A stretch of DNA of 64,000 bases from Thermodesulfobacteriota bacterium (GCA_965202785.1 OZ241855.1:224001-288000), one strand, 5' to 3'; shown: positions 18,321-29,168, counted from the first letter of the stretch. Numbers and translations: made by a program. Notes: a model not told the origin generated them from the sequence alone.

Positions 18321-19397
18321 GTGATGGGAAAGAGAATCGTAGTAGCCATGAGCGGAGGAGTCGACAGCGCCACCACTGCCGCCCTTCTTAAGTCCCAGGG
18401 GCATGAAGTCATAGGAATGACCATGCAGCTTTGGGATTACGGAGAGAGCGAGGGGGGATGCTGTTCCGCGGACGAGGTCTGCGACGCGAGAAGAGTCGCA
18501 TACGAGATAGGCATACCTCACTACGTGGTAAATTACATGGATTCCTTCAGGGAACTCGTGGTCTCCGATTTCGTAAACAAGTACGATTCCGGAGAAACCC
18601 CCATACCCTGCGTGCTCTGCAACCAGTTCATGAAGTTCGATTTCCTTTTGAAGCGCGCTCTTGAGCTCGACGCGGACTTTCTCGCCACAGGCCACTACGC
18701 GAGAATATCCCGTAGCGCCGAAACCGGCGAGTATTCACTCGAGCGGGCCGTTGACTCCACAAAAGACCAGTCGTACTTTCTTTTCACCCTCGGTCAGAGG
18801 GAACTTCAGAGGCTTATTTTCCCTCTGGGAGACAAAACGAAAACCGAGGTGAGAAAAATTGCCGAGGACATGGGACTTCGGGTCGCCACAAAGGCCGAGA
18901 GCATGGGCGTCTGCTTCATCACGGGAAGCAGCTACAGAGAATTTCTTGAGCCTTACCTGGAGAGAGGAAAAAGAGAGGGAGACATAGTGGATATGGATGG
19001 GAACTCGGTCGCCAGGCACCGCGGAATCGCGTCTTTTACAATCGGTCAGAGACGCGGACTCGGTTTCGCGAAGGGAAAGCCGATGTATGTCGTCGGTATC
19101 GATGCAGAACGAAACGAGGTAAGGGTCGGAGAGGAAAAGGACCTCTACAGCAACGCCCTTACTGCGGGAGACCTCTCGTGGGTAAGCCTGCCTCCAGAGG
19201 GAGAGATCGAAGTGCGCTCGAAAATAAGGTACCGCCACGGCGCGGTTCCCTGCAGAGTAACGGTCACCGACGACGGGAAGGCAACAGTGAATTTCCCGGA
19301 ACCGCAGAAAGCCGTAACGCCCGGCCAGGCAATTGTTTTCTACAAGGATGAAGCGGTGATGGGAGGCGGCTGGATAAAAGAGGCGTACATGCAATGA
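18321..19397 (+). CDS. mnmA: tRNA 2-thiouridylase
   Basis: VAMSGGVDS, PCVLCN, ATGHYA, KDQSYFL, TPGQA. Confidence 0.96.
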   Translation: MMGKRIVVAMSGGVDSATTAALLKSQGHEVIGMTMQLWDYGESEGGCCSADEVCDARRVAYEIGIPHYVVNYMDSFRELVVSDFVNKYDSGETPIPCVLCNQFMKFDFLLKRALELDADFLATGHYARISRSAETGEYSLERAVDSTKDQSYFLFTLGQRELQRLIFPLGDKTKTEVRKIAEDMGLRVATKAESMGVCFITGSSYREFLEPYLERGKREGDIVDMDGNSVARHRGIASFTIGQRRGLGFAKGKPMYVVGIDAERNEVRVGEEKDLYSNALTAGDLSWVSLPPEGEIEVRSKIRYRHGAVPCRVTVTDDGKATVNFPEPQKAVTPGQAIVFYKDEAVMGGGWIKEAYMQ

Positions 19398-20683
19398 GAA
19401 AGATCTCCGTTGTAACCCTGGGGTGCAAGGTTAACCAGTACGACACTGCCGCCTTGCTTAACCACCTGCCATCTTCAGAGTTCGTAAAGAACGAAAAATT
19501 TGACGAGCCGGCAGACGTGTACGTAATAGACACCTGCACCGTTACGCACAAGGCGGATTCGGAAGCCAGGAACTACATATACAGGGCAAAAAGATCAAAC
19601 CCCCACGGCGTTGTAATAGTCACGGGCTGCTACGCCCAAGTCTCCCCCGAACAACTCTCGGCAATGGAGCAAGTCGACTACGTAATCGGAAACTCCCATA
19701 AGTTCTCATCCCTTCTCGGAGCAATACGCCGGGGCAAGGTTCAGAGTGAGCCGAAGGTTCTCATATCAGATATTTTCAAGGAAAAGAAAAAGAAATTCGA
19801 TACCCCAGATATAAGGTTCTTTCCCGACAGGACGAGGGCATTCCTCAAGGTGCAGGACGGGTGCAATTACGCCTGCACGTTTTGCGTGATCCCAAGGGCG
19901 CGGGGACGATCTCGCAGCCTGGAGGCAGATGAAGTGATCTCAAGGCTAGGAACTCTCGCGCGTGGGGGTTACAAGGAAGTCGTTCTAACCGGAGTTCATC
20001 TCGCAAGCTACGGAAGGGATATAGGCTCAGATCTTGTCAGCCTGCTACAAAAGATTGAAAAGTCCAGGGCCGTAAGCAGAGTAAGACTCAGTTCCCTTGA
20101 TCCCGCGGATACCACAGAGGAACTGATCCGTTTCGTCTCGAACTCCGAAGTCGTATGTCCGAGTTTCCACGTAGCACTTCAAAGCGGAGACAGGGATGTC
20201 CTCAGAAGAATGAGAAGAAGGTACAGTCCCGAGCAGTTCCTTGAGTGCACTGACTCGATACGCAGCGCATTGCCCGAGGCTTCAATCGGTACAGACATAA
20301 TGGTTGGATTTCCCGGGGAAACACATGAGCAGTTTGAGAATTCCCGTGACGTCGCGGCCGCATCGGAACTCACCTATTTCCATGTGTTTCCGTACTCAAT
20401 AAGGAAAATGACCCCAGCCGCGAATATGAAAGATCAGATTCCCCCGCAGGTAAAAAAGGAAAGAGCGGCAGAACTCCGGGCTCTTGGAAAAACAAAAAAA
20501 GAGAATTTCTACAGAAAGTTTATCGGCAAGACCCTTGATGCTATTGTCGAGAGCAAGTCGAGCTGCACAACGGAAAACTACATAAGCGTAAAGCTGATTG
20601 AGAGCAACATCAATGCCGGGTCAGAGATAAAGGTAAAAATAGAGGATGTAAGAAACGAGGTTGCCTACGCAACAGCAGTATGA
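19394..20683 (+). CDS. mtaB: tRNA t6A37 methylthiotransferase
   Basis: TLGCKVNQYD, TCTVT, KVQDGCNYACTFC radical-SAM motif, HVFPYS. Confidence 0.92.
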   Translation: MRKISVVTLGCKVNQYDTAALLNHLPSSEFVKNEKFDEPADVYVIDTCTVTHKADSEARNYIYRAKRSNPHGVVIVTGCYAQVSPEQLSAMEQVDYVIGNSHKFSSLLGAIRRGKVQSEPKVLISDIFKEKKKKFDTPDIRFFPDRTRAFLKVQDGCNYACTFCVIPRARGRSRSLEADEVISRLGTLARGGYKEVVLTGVHLASYGRDIGSDLVSLLQKIEKSRAVSRVRLSSLDPADTTEELIRFVSNSEVVCPSFHVALQSGDRDVLRRMRRRYSPEQFLECTDSIRSALPEASIGTDIMVGFPGETHEQFENSRDVAAASELTYFHVFPYSIRKMTPAANMKDQIPPQVKKERAAELRALGKTKKENFYRKFIGKTLDAIVESKSSCTTENYISVKLIESNINAGSEIKVKIEDVRNEVAYATAV

Positions 20684-20847
20684 GCGATTTTACTGAGACT
20701 ATCCTGTCACCGGAGCCTTAAGCCCATCCCTGACAAAATTTCCTGCATCATTTTAGAAGTAAAGATGAGAATTTTATGTTTTTACGCGGAAACACCTTAC
20801 AAATTCGGAGTCTATCTCCGAGAATGCATGCATGCCGGGAAAATGAA

Positions 20848-20939
20848 TGGCGGAGAGAGTGGGATTCGAACCCACGAAGGGGCTTTCACCCCTTACTCGA
20901 TTAGCAATCGAGCGCCTTCGACCACTCGGCCACCTCTCC
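20848..20939 (-). tRNA. tRNA-Ser(GCT)
   Basis: GGAGAGGTGGCCGAGTGG...CTCGATT-GCT-AATCGAG, long variable arm, CCA end. Confidence 0.97.
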
Positions 20940-21005
20940 CCGCTCGGTGAAAAAATCATAACTCAACGGAAAACAGAGTCAAAACTCCGCTCCGCCTGTT
21001 TTTTT

Positions 21006-22358
21006 TCAACCCACGATGGAAAAGACCTCAAGAATGATCAGGATATCATCTGTTTTGTTTTCGACAGTGCAGTTTGCCCCGTCTTCAAAAAAAACGGTCT
21101 GCCCCAGGCAGAGTTCATCGCTGCTTTTATCGCCGATTATCAGAGCTTCTCCCTCGAGAACCAGAAGTCGGAGATCTTGAGAAGAGGTGTTCTCCGTCCT
21201 TGCGGATTTGCCGGGGAAAATAGTCGTTTTCGTTACTTTCGAGAGTTCTCCTTTTTCAATTTCTTCCCTGCTGCCCCAAGGATAGTGAACTACCTTCGGA
21301 CGGTCTGCCTCATCCCTCCCCCGCTCTCTTAATTCCCTCGCAAACTCGCCCGCCTCACTCGAGCGGTCAAGATCGGAGATAAAAACGGCGTCCTTAGTTT
21401 CAATCACGGCAACGTTGCGAAGACCGGATACGCAGACAAGCCTCGAGCCGCTTCTTACAATGGAATCCTCAGTGCCCTTCAGGATTACGTCTCCTTCAAG
21501 CACGTTTCCCTCGGAATCTTTCGGGAAAAACTCGTAGAAGAGCCGCCATGACCCTACGTCGCTCCATGGAAAAGAAGACGGTATTACGGCTCCGCGCGAG
21601 GTCTTCTCCATTACCGCCCGGTCAACGGGAACGGAAGGAAGCCCGTCATAAATATCACTGCTGATTTTCCCGCGGGAAGCTTCGTGCATCGGCTCATACA
21701 CCTCGGGGCAAAGAGCCGCGTATTCCTCGATCATGGTCCGGGCCCGGAAAACGAACATTCCACTGTTCCAGAAGAAGTTTCCTGAAAGCAGGTATTCGCT
21801 CGCAACTTCGGCGCTGGGCTTCTCTATGAACCTTTCTATTCTGAGTCCGCCGTCGCGAAGCGGTTCCCCTCCCTCGATGTAGCCGTACCCGGTCTCGGGG
21901 GCGGAGGGGGTAATTCCAAAACATACTATGTAATCGTCTTCGGCGAGCGAAACCGCCCTTCGCACTTGATCGCAGAAATCCTCGTCGTCTCCGACCACAT
22001 GGTCCGAGGGGAGAACCATTATCACCGCGTCTTCGTCTTCTGAGGCGACCCCGAGCGTCCCAAGCAGAATCGCCGGAGCAGTGTTTCTGCCCACGGGCTC
22101 GGTCACAATTTTTATCTTTCCCGAAAAGTCCGTGTAGCGAAGATTGTCTTCAATCAGAGGGCGCTGTTTTTCCTCAAGTACAACCAATATGTTTTCTTCG
22201 GCGACAAGACGGGCGGCCCGCTTAAGCGTTCCAAGCAGAAGTGACTCATTCCCGTTTATGGTGAGGAACTGCTTGGGTAAGGACTCTCTTGATAGAGGCC
22301 AGAGCCTGGTTCCCCGTCCCCCGGCAAGAATAAGGCAGTAAAGATTTTTTTTAGGCAT
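21006..22358 (-). CDS. manC: Mannose-1-phosphate guanylyltransferase with C-terminal cupin
   Basis: ILAGGRGTRLWPLSR, PKQF, EPVGRNTAPA, FIEKP, WNSGMF, WSDVGSW. Confidence 0.92.
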   Translation of the reverse strand: MPKKNLYCLILAGGRGTRLWPLSRESLPKQFLTINGNESLLLGTLKRAARLVAEENILVVLEEKQRPLIEDNLRYTDFSGKIKIVTEPVGRNTAPAILLGTLGVASEDEDAVIMVLPSDHVVGDDEDFCDQVRRAVSLAEDDYIVCFGITPSAPETGYGYIEGGEPLRDGGLRIERFIEKPSAEVASEYLLSGNFFWNSGMFVFRARTMIEEYAALCPEVYEPMHEASRGKISSDIYDGLPSVPVDRAVMEKTSRGAVIPSSFPWSDVGSWRLFYEFFPKDSEGNVLEGDVILKGTEDSIVRSGSRLVCVSGLRNVAVIETKDAVFISDLDRSSEAGEFARELRERGRDEADRPKVVHYPWGSREEIEKGELSKVTKTTIFPGKSARTENTSSQDLRLLVLEGEALIIGDKSSDELCLGQTVFFEDGANCTVENKTDDILIILEVFSIVG

Positions 22359-22394
22359 TTTGAGAACCGAGTTCCGCAGAACAGTGTCTGAGTT

Positions 22395-23867
22395 CTAATC
22401 TACCTGATGTGGCTCCTTCAGAAGATCCCATACGGTCTTCACGGGATTAAACGTTGTGGAGGGAACTTCGACGAAAACGGTTATCCAGCCGGACATGGAA
22501 CCGTTCCAGAGCCCGGGAAGCTCAAGCGCCTTTATCTTCATAGTACCAAAGGTCTTTTCGGTGATAATTCCGGCTTCCGGATCGACAAAGCCAGTCAGAT
22601 TAAATTTCTCCCCCCTGAAATCCTTTACTCCGCAGACAATATCCACAGGATTAAAATGGGTTGAGTTCTCCCAGATATGCCGTTGGGAAGAGGAGTCTCG
22701 GTCAATCTCGGCACTCTCAACTATCTGAAGGGACTCCCCCCCTTCTCCTTCCACCCAGAACGGACCGCCGCCCGGCTCACCCATGTTCTTTACAACGCCG
22801 CATACCCTGATGGGCCTGTGAAGAGCCCGAAACAGGAATTCCCTCCTGCCGGCTCCAGACAGCCCTGAAAGTTCCTGGGAGAGGTCCACGAAAAGTTCCC
22901 CCCGGCAAAAGGAAATTATCTCCCGCTCAAGTGCCTCAGAGGTCCAGGAGGAAGAGAGGGCTTCTGTATAGAGGAAAACTCTTTTCTGTATAGAGAGAAG
23001 AACTCCCCCCAAGGTCTTTTTCCACTTAACCGTATCGGGGAGAAGCTCCTCTTTCGCCACGTTGTCTATGTTCTTTACGAAAATACAGTCATAGGAAAGT
23101 TCATTCAGGTTCTTCAGCAGCGCTCCGTGCCCAGCGGGCCTTCTGAGCAGAGATCCGTCGGCGTCAGTAACAGGCGTGTTGTCCATTGCGACCGCGATTG
23201 TATCCGTTTCGGGGTCCTGAACCGAGTATGTTACTTCAAATGAAACCCCTTCGCAGGACAGAAGAGAACCTGCGTCCTTCTCCTCCAGAGCAAACTCCTC
23301 GGCAAAGGCAGGTGGAATAGTAAAATGCATGGAGACCGTGCCGCACGAGGCTATATATCCCAGGGCCTCTTTGAAATGTTCGGAAAAAGCCGTTCTTCTC
23401 TCCTCTCCATAGCTGTGAAAAGGCACAAGTCCTTTCGGAATGTCCGCATAACCCAGTCCGCCGCTTCCCAGAAGAGTATCGAGAATAAGTTTGAAATTCC
23501 CCGAAGAGACAGCATCTTCAAGCTCTTCTTCCAACCTCTCTTCAAGCAATCCCGCGAAGGGGAATCTCGTTAAGTTCGAGAGGAATTTCTCAAGCATCTT
23601 TTCCCCTTTGGGGTCCAGAACCTTTTCGTCCGAGGAGAAAGCATCCCGAAGCACACCAAAGTCCCGGAACATTCGCGAGGCCGCTCCCGATGCCGGAACG
23701 AATTTGCACACGCTAGTTTCAGGAAGAGAATCCTCGTATTCGCGCTGAAGTGCCCGGGATTCATCCTCTCCCAGTTTTCTTATGCCGTCGCCTACTGTCG
23801 CGGGGCGGAGGAGCCTGCGGAAGGGATAACCCTTTTTGAACCGTTCAATCTGTTTTTGAATATCCAA
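22395..23867 (-). CDS. DUF4301-family protein (nucleotidyltransferase-like)
   Basis: KFVPASGAASRMF, RPAGHGALL, KNIDNV, GEPGGGPFW, THFNPVD, ELPGLWNG, FNPVKTV. Confidence 0.8.
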   Translation of the reverse strand: MDIQKQIERFKKGYPFRRLLRPATVGDGIRKLGEDESRALQREYEDSLPETSVCKFVPASGAASRMFRDFGVLRDAFSSDEKVLDPKGEKMLEKFLSNLTRFPFAGLLEERLEEELEDAVSSGNFKLILDTLLGSGGLGYADIPKGLVPFHSYGEERRTAFSEHFKEALGYIASCGTVSMHFTIPPAFAEEFALEEKDAGSLLSCEGVSFEVTYSVQDPETDTIAVAMDNTPVTDADGSLLRRPAGHGALLKNLNELSYDCIFVKNIDNVAKEELLPDTVKWKKTLGGVLLSIQKRVFLYTEALSSSWTSEALEREIISFCRGELFVDLSQELSGLSGAGRREFLFRALHRPIRVCGVVKNMGEPGGGPFWVEGEGGESLQIVESAEIDRDSSSQRHIWENSTHFNPVDIVCGVKDFRGEKFNLTGFVDPEAGIITEKTFGTMKIKALELPGLWNGSMSGWITVFVEVPSTTFNPVKTVWDLLKEPHQVD

Positions 23868-23972
23868 GATGTGAATTTCCCGTGGCGGAACCTAATGGGA
23901 GAACTATACATAAAAAAGCTGAAAACTCCCCCTGGTCCCTGAGCGGAATTCCGTGCGATTCTTTGATCGGGG

Positions 23973-24050
23973 TGGCGGGACCGACGGGATTTGAACCCGC
24001 GACCTCTGGCTTGACAGGCCAGCGTTCTAACCAGGCTGAACTACGGCCCC
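23973..24050 (-). tRNA. tRNA-Asp(GTC)
   Basis: GGGGCCGTAGTTCAG...CTGGCCT-GTC-AAGCCAG...GCCA. Confidence 0.97.
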
Positions 24051-24062
24051 GTTTAAATCAGA

Positions 24063-24137
24063 TGGTGGGCGGTACAGGATTCGAACCTGTGACCCCCTGC
24101 TTGTAAGGCAGGTGCTCTCCCGCTGAGCTAACCGCCC
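24063..24137 (-). tRNA. tRNA-Val(TAC)
   Basis: GGGCGGTTAGCTCAG...CCTGCCT-TAC-AAGCAGG...ACCA. Confidence 0.97.
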
Positions 24138-24211
24138 GCAAAAACGCAAAAAAGCAGGCAATCTGTATAACCGAATAAAAACTCTTTGTCCAAGACTAAG
24201 ACACGGAACGG

Positions 24212-25171
24212 CTAAAGTCCATGCTCTTCTATGAACCTCTCGGCGTCCATAGCCGCCATGCACCCGCTTCCCGCCGCCGTTATAGCCTGCTTGTATCTTG
24301 TGTCCTGTATGTCTCCGGCGGCAAAAACGCCGGCGACGCTTGTTTCAGAGGTGCCGTTACTGGTAATCAGGTAACCGTTATCGTCCATATCAAGCTGTCC
24401 CCTGAAGATTTCGCTGTTGGGAGTGTGCCCGATCGCTACGAACATGCCTTGACATTCCTTAACGTAACTCTCCCCGGTCACGACATCCTTTATCCGTACC
24501 CCCGTTACTCCGTCCTCTCTTGAACCCAGCACATCTTCAACGACACCGTTCCATATAAAATCTATTTTTTCGTTTTCTCTGGCACGCTGCTGCATTATCA
24601 CCGACGCTCTGAGCTTGTCGCGTCTGTGAACCACCGTAACCCGGGTGGCGAATTTGGTAAGAAAGATGGATTCTTCCATGGCGCTGTCGCCTCCCCCGAT
24701 GACCACAAGCTCCTTGTCCCTGAAGAAAAATCCGTCGCATGTGGCGCACGTTGAAACCCCGTAGCCCACAAGCTCGCGTTCGGAAGGAAGGCCAAGCATC
24801 CTTGCCGTGGCGCCCGAAGAAATAATGAACGTGGAGGCAAGTATCTGCCCGTCTTCCGTCGATACGAGAAACGGCCTTTTGGAAAAATCGACGGCGGTTA
24901 CGGCCTTCTGCACGCACTGCGCCCCGAAACGCTCGGACTGCTCCCTCATAAGATCCATGAGTTCAGGACCCATGATTCCTTCCGGGAACCCCGGGAAATT
25001 CTCAACATCGGTAGTCGTGGTAAGCTGCCCCCCGGCTTCCGGACCTTCAAATACAAGCGGCTCAAGATTCGCTCGCGCTGTGTAAAGGGCCGCGGTCAGC
25101 CCCGCAGGGCCGGAACCCATGATGACCACCCTGTAGCTTTCTTTCAGTTCTTTCACTTCGCACTCCTGCAA
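24212..25171 (-). CDS. trxB: Thioredoxin reductase
   Basis: GSGPAG, GGQL, CATCDG, GGGDSAMEE, HRRD, QAITAAG. Confidence 0.96.
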   Translation of the reverse strand: MQECEVKELKESYRVVIMGSGPAGLTAALYTARANLEPLVFEGPEAGGQLTTTTDVENFPGFPEGIMGPELMDLMREQSERFGAQCVQKAVTAVDFSKRPFLVSTEDGQILASTFIISSGATARMLGLPSERELVGYGVSTCATCDGFFFRDKELVVIGGGDSAMEESIFLTKFATRVTVVHRRDKLRASVIMQQRARENEKIDFIWNGVVEDVLGSREDGVTGVRIKDVVTGESYVKECQGMFVAIGHTPNSEIFRGQLDMDDNGYLITSNGTSETSVAGVFAAGDIQDTRYKQAITAAGSGCMAAMDAERFIEEHGL

Positions 25172-25278
25172 TTTCTTTTTAGAACAGGGACTTTATACTA
25201 CATTCAGGAAGTGGTTTTTCAAGAGATAAAACAAACGCAGGAGACGGCCAGAACCCCGCCCCGCAAACGCTTACGCTA

Positions 25279-26370
25279 ATGGAATCCGCGAAGAAAACTC
25301 CGCTTTATGAAAGACACGCAGCCCAGGGAGCCGTATTCGGCGAGACGGGCGGATTTTTTCTTCCGAAAAGCTACGGTGACCCGGAAGGGGAAGCAAAGAC
25401 CGTAAGAGAATCTGTGGGCGTTATAGACATTTCAAGCAGAGGAAAACTCATGCTGTCGGGAGCCGACCACATAAAATTCCTGCAGGGAATGCTCACAAAC
25501 GACGTAAAGGAAAAAACCCCCGGGACAGGGGGCTACGCGGCGATACTCACCCCCAAGGGAAAAATGATTTCAGACATGAGGGTCTTTAAAAATGAAGACT
25601 CTGTCTACATGGATACAGAACCCGGCACGGGTGGGAACATAGCGGAGCTTCTTCGCAAGTTCAGGCTTTCATACAAAGCAGAAGTACTTGACGTTACCGA
25701 AGATTACTGCGTTTTTCACGTCTGCGGTCCCGGCTGCGGGGAATTAATCGAAAAGCGCCTCGGCGTCGACGTTAAACAAATGAAAGAATATGATCACCGG
25801 GCTTGCGGCGAGGCAACCGTAATGAAGCTCAACAGAACGGGAGAAACCGGTTTTGACGTTTTTTTTGAAAACCGCAGTGCTCAGAAAATCTGGGAACTCC
25901 TTCTTGAAAATCCGCCGGTTCCGGGACTTTGCGGACAGGAGGCTCTCGAAACCCTGAGAATAGAGGCCGGAATCCCAGTTTACGGAAAGGATATGGACAT
26001 CTCCACCATACCAATTGAAGCCGGCATATGGGATGCCCTTGACTTTGAAAAGGGATGCTACGTGGGGCAGGAAGTAATAGCAAGGATAAAGTGGAGAGGA
26101 AGAGTAAACTGGCATCTAGCGTATTTCGAGGCGCAGCAAGGCGGCAGTGCGCTACCGGGAGACACGCTCTGGGTTAAGGAGAAAAAAGTGGGGAGAATAA
26201 CCTCTTCAACATACTCTCCGACTCTGGGGAAAAATATCTCCATCGGCTATATAAGAAGAGAATTCTGCGATTTTCGGGAAGAAATATTCATTGGCGGGGA
26301 ACACCACGCCGATAAAACTCCGAACACGGTAAAAATAACGGAAAAACCCTTTTATAGCCGCTTTGAATAA
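25279..26370 (+). CDS. Folate-binding YgfZ/GcvT-like protein
   Basis: GcvT-like N-terminus and KGCYVGQE signature of YgfZ. Confidence 0.88.
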   Translation: MESAKKTPLYERHAAQGAVFGETGGFFLPKSYGDPEGEAKTVRESVGVIDISSRGKLMLSGADHIKFLQGMLTNDVKEKTPGTGGYAAILTPKGKMISDMRVFKNEDSVYMDTEPGTGGNIAELLRKFRLSYKAEVLDVTEDYCVFHVCGPGCGELIEKRLGVDVKQMKEYDHRACGEATVMKLNRTGETGFDVFFENRSAQKIWELLLENPPVPGLCGQEALETLRIEAGIPVYGKDMDISTIPIEAGIWDALDFEKGCYVGQEVIARIKWRGRVNWHLAYFEAQQGGSALPGDTLWVKEKKVGRITSSTYSPTLGKNISIGYIRREFCDFREEIFIGGEHHADKTPNTVKITEKPFYSRFE

Positions 26371-26498
26371 TTAAAAAAAATGCTATAGTTTAGAGGTTAA
26401 CTATTTGGCTGTGTACTAGTCTGTCTTACAGGGGGCATAAGGCGAGTATTTCGGGTTTGATTATGTTTTAACCTAAAGAATGAGGTAATTATAAAATA

Positions 26499-27539
26499 AT
26501 GATACTGGACAACCTTCTGGAATATTTTTCAAATGATCTGGCAATCGACCTCGGGACTGCGAACACCCTTGTATACCTCAAAGGTAAGGGGATAGTGTCC
26601 AATGAACCGTCGGTGGTAGCCGTGCAGCACATTCCGGGACAAAAGTCACGACTCATCGCTGTAGGCCAGCAGGCCAGGGAGATGGTAGGAAGGACCCCCG
26701 AGTCGATTAAAGCCATAAGACCTCTTCGCGACGGTGTTATTGCTGATTTCGAAGCGGCTCAGAAAATGATCGAGTATTTCATAAAAAAATCCAACGGCAA
26801 TAAAAGAAGCTTCGTGCGCCCGAGAGTAATAATATCGGTTCCCCTTGAGATTACCGAAGTAGAGAAAAGAGCTGTAAGAGAATCGGCCGAGGCGGCGGGA
26901 GCTAGGAGAGTATACCTCATCGAGGAAACAATGTGCGCCGCCATAGGGGCTGGGATAGAAGTGCATAGACCCTCGGGCAACATGGTGGTCGACATAGGAG
27001 GCGGTACCACGGGAATAGCCGTTATCGCACTGTCCGGGATAGTTGTGAGCAAATCAATCAAAACCGGTGGAGACAAGATGGATGAAGCCATACAACAGTG
27101 GCTGAGAAGAAATCACAACATAGTAATCGGATACAGAACAGCAGAAGAACTTAAGAAAAAGTTCTCTTCGCACCCGGAAACAAACAGCGGCAGAAAGACG
27201 CAAATGAAAGTAACCGGAAGAAACAACATTTCCGGTGTTCCTTCAATGCTTACAATTGACTCAGAAGAAATCCAAGAGGCGGTAGAAGAAACCATAAACC
27301 AGATAGTCGATGCAATTATGCAGACTTTGGAGAAAACCCCGCCGGAACTCTCTGCAGATGTCTTTGAATCGGGAATAGTGCTAGCCGGAGGCGGCTCGCT
27401 TCTAAGAGGACTGGGCAACCGCATAGAGCAAAAAACCGGCATACAGATAAAAAGGGCCAAGCAACCACTTGATTGCGTCGTTATGGGCTCTGGAAAAGCT
27501 CTCGAAGATATAGATCTTCTAAACTCCGTCGCTATATAA
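26499..27539 (+). CDS. mreB: Rod shape-determining protein MreB
   Basis: IDLGTANT, EPSVVA, DIGGGTT, GGGSLL. Confidence 0.96.
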   Translation: MILDNLLEYFSNDLAIDLGTANTLVYLKGKGIVSNEPSVVAVQHIPGQKSRLIAVGQQAREMVGRTPESIKAIRPLRDGVIADFEAAQKMIEYFIKKSNGNKRSFVRPRVIISVPLEITEVEKRAVRESAEAAGARRVYLIEETMCAAIGAGIEVHRPSGNMVVDIGGGTTGIAVIALSGIVVSKSIKTGGDKMDEAIQQWLRRNHNIVIGYRTAEELKKKFSSHPETNSGRKTQMKVTGRNNISGVPSMLTIDSEEIQEAVEETINQIVDAIMQTLEKTPPELSADVFESGIVLAGGGSLLRGLGNRIEQKTGIQIKRAKQPLDCVVMGSGKALEDIDLLNSVAI

Positions 27540-27827
27540 ATTGTAGAAAGCCAGTGATATCGGGCGGATTCCATAATGTTCCGATTATTGAGCCGCAAGT
27601 GCCGAATTCGGCCTTGATTTGCATCTGCTTTAACAATCATGCTCTAACACGGATTGCTTCTTGATTTTTCCTTGAAACTTAAATTGTTTTGTGTTATGTT
27701 GATTCACAGTGATTTTTTGTTTTAGTGTCCCGTAATTTCTTGCAGTGGCTGTCATTATATGGACAATGATTTTTTCCGTCGCTTGTGAGAATCGTAATTA
27801 AGTATTTCCGACCGGAAGGGAAGCTTA

Positions 27828-28634
27828 ATGAAGAAGCTTTTCAGCAAAAATCAACTATTCCTGTCCTTTATCCTCATAATTGCTCTAATTCATCTGTTGC
27901 CCGTCACTTTTGATCTGGCAAAGAAAGAAAACAATTACACAACAAAATTGATGCTAAGCATCAACTACGGTTCTGGTGCTTTCGCAAACTATGTTAAAGA
28001 TGGCGTAAGGTACTATTGGGACCATTATATTGACCTCGTCGATACAAGCGTTGAAAATTCCCGCCTGAAGGCTCAGCTACAGGAAATGGAAACACAAGAG
28101 TTGATGCTAACGGAAATAAGGCTTGAGAATGAAAGGTTAAGAAGACTTCTTAACTATAGGAACTCCTTTGAGGGAGAAGTCGTGGGAGCAAAGGTCATAG
28201 GTAGCAGTCCTTCGCTGGTGGGGCCTGGCTTCCTTATAATAGATAAAGGATCGTCTTCCGGAATAAGTGAGGGGTCCCCGGTGCTTAACAACGTCAGGGC
28301 TATAGGAACCATACACTCGGTAAATGAAAGAACCTCCATGGTAATGCTAATGACAAATCCCTCAAGCGTAGCGGATGCAATTGTACAAAGGAGCCGCGCA
28401 CGAGGCATAGTTGCTGGAGCGGGGAACCATTACGTTATGAAGTACATTGAGCAAGAGGAAGATATTATAGTCGGAGACAAAGTAATATCGTCCGGAAAAG
28501 ACAATGTTTTCCCAAAAAATATTGTTATAGGAACCGTAACAAGAATCGAGATGGACAGAGGACTTCAAAAAGCCATCATAAAACCAGTAATCGATGTGAG
28601 CAGGGTTGAAGAGGTGCTCATACATCTCAATTAG
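27828..28634 (+). CDS. mreC: Rod shape-determining protein MreC
   Basis: TM helix, coiled coil ENERLRRLL, IIDKGSSSG; synteny. Confidence 0.92.
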   Translation: MKKLFSKNQLFLSFILIIALIHLLPVTFDLAKKENNYTTKLMLSINYGSGAFANYVKDGVRYYWDHYIDLVDTSVENSRLKAQLQEMETQELMLTEIRLENERLRRLLNYRNSFEGEVVGAKVIGSSPSLVGPGFLIIDKGSSSGISEGSPVLNNVRAIGTIHSVNERTSMVMLMTNPSSVADAIVQRSRARGIVAGAGNHYVMKYIEQEEDIIVGDKVISSGKDNVFPKNIVIGTVTRIEMDRGLQKAIIKPVIDVSRVEEVLIHLN

Positions 28635-28661
28635 CTCTCTCCAACTGAATCCAGCTGGAAT

Positions 28662-29168
28662 ATGATGAGAATAAACTTCTCTTTTCTTTTCTATCTATTC
28701 TGCTCTTTCCTTTTCATCGTTATCCAGACATCAGTAATCCCGACATCTTCTCTGGGCAAGTTCACCCCTGATCTCAACCTGATCTTAATAATCTGCCTAG
28801 CAGTCAGAACCGAAATACCTTATCTGTTCACACTTGCCATGCTGAACGGGTTTTTAATGGATGTTTTTTCGGCCGGAGCTTTGGGGCTCCATACGGTCAC
28901 GAGATTCGCCGTGTTTCTCACTCTGCGAGTGAGCATGCACAATCTTAATTACAACCGCAACAACCCCCTTTTACTACCTCTGGCACTTTTTACAGGAACC
29001 CTGCTCATGCACTTGCTGCTACTGATATTGCTTCTGTTTAAGCAAGATAGCGGACAGTTGGCATTTCTTAGTGTTGAGCTAGCTTTCTATCAAGCTATCA
29101 TTAATACAGTGGTCGGCGTTCCTATAATAATACTTCTGAGGAAACTAGATGGGGTTCCTAAAACATAG
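28662..29168 (+). CDS. mreD: Rod shape-determining protein MreD
   Basis: Hydrophobic; PDL and GFLMD motifs; between mreC and mrdA. Confidence 0.85.
   Translation: MMRINFSFLFYLFCSFLFIVIQTSVIPTSSLGKFTPDLNLILIICLAVRTEIPYLFTLAMLNGFLMDVFSAGALGLHTVTRFAVFLTLRVSMHNLNYNRNNPLLLPLALFTGTLLMHLLLLILLLFKQDSGQLAFLSVELAFYQAIINTVVGVPIIILLRKLDGVPKT

Noticed and set aside
15719-24263. Short ORFs overlapping tRNA genes and antisense ORFs over core genes
   Set aside because: Explained by the tRNAs or by opposite-strand genes with clear motifs.
27540-27827. ncRNA in the long mreB-mreC gap
   Set aside because: Only short palindromes and a plausible internal promoter; no convincing structure.
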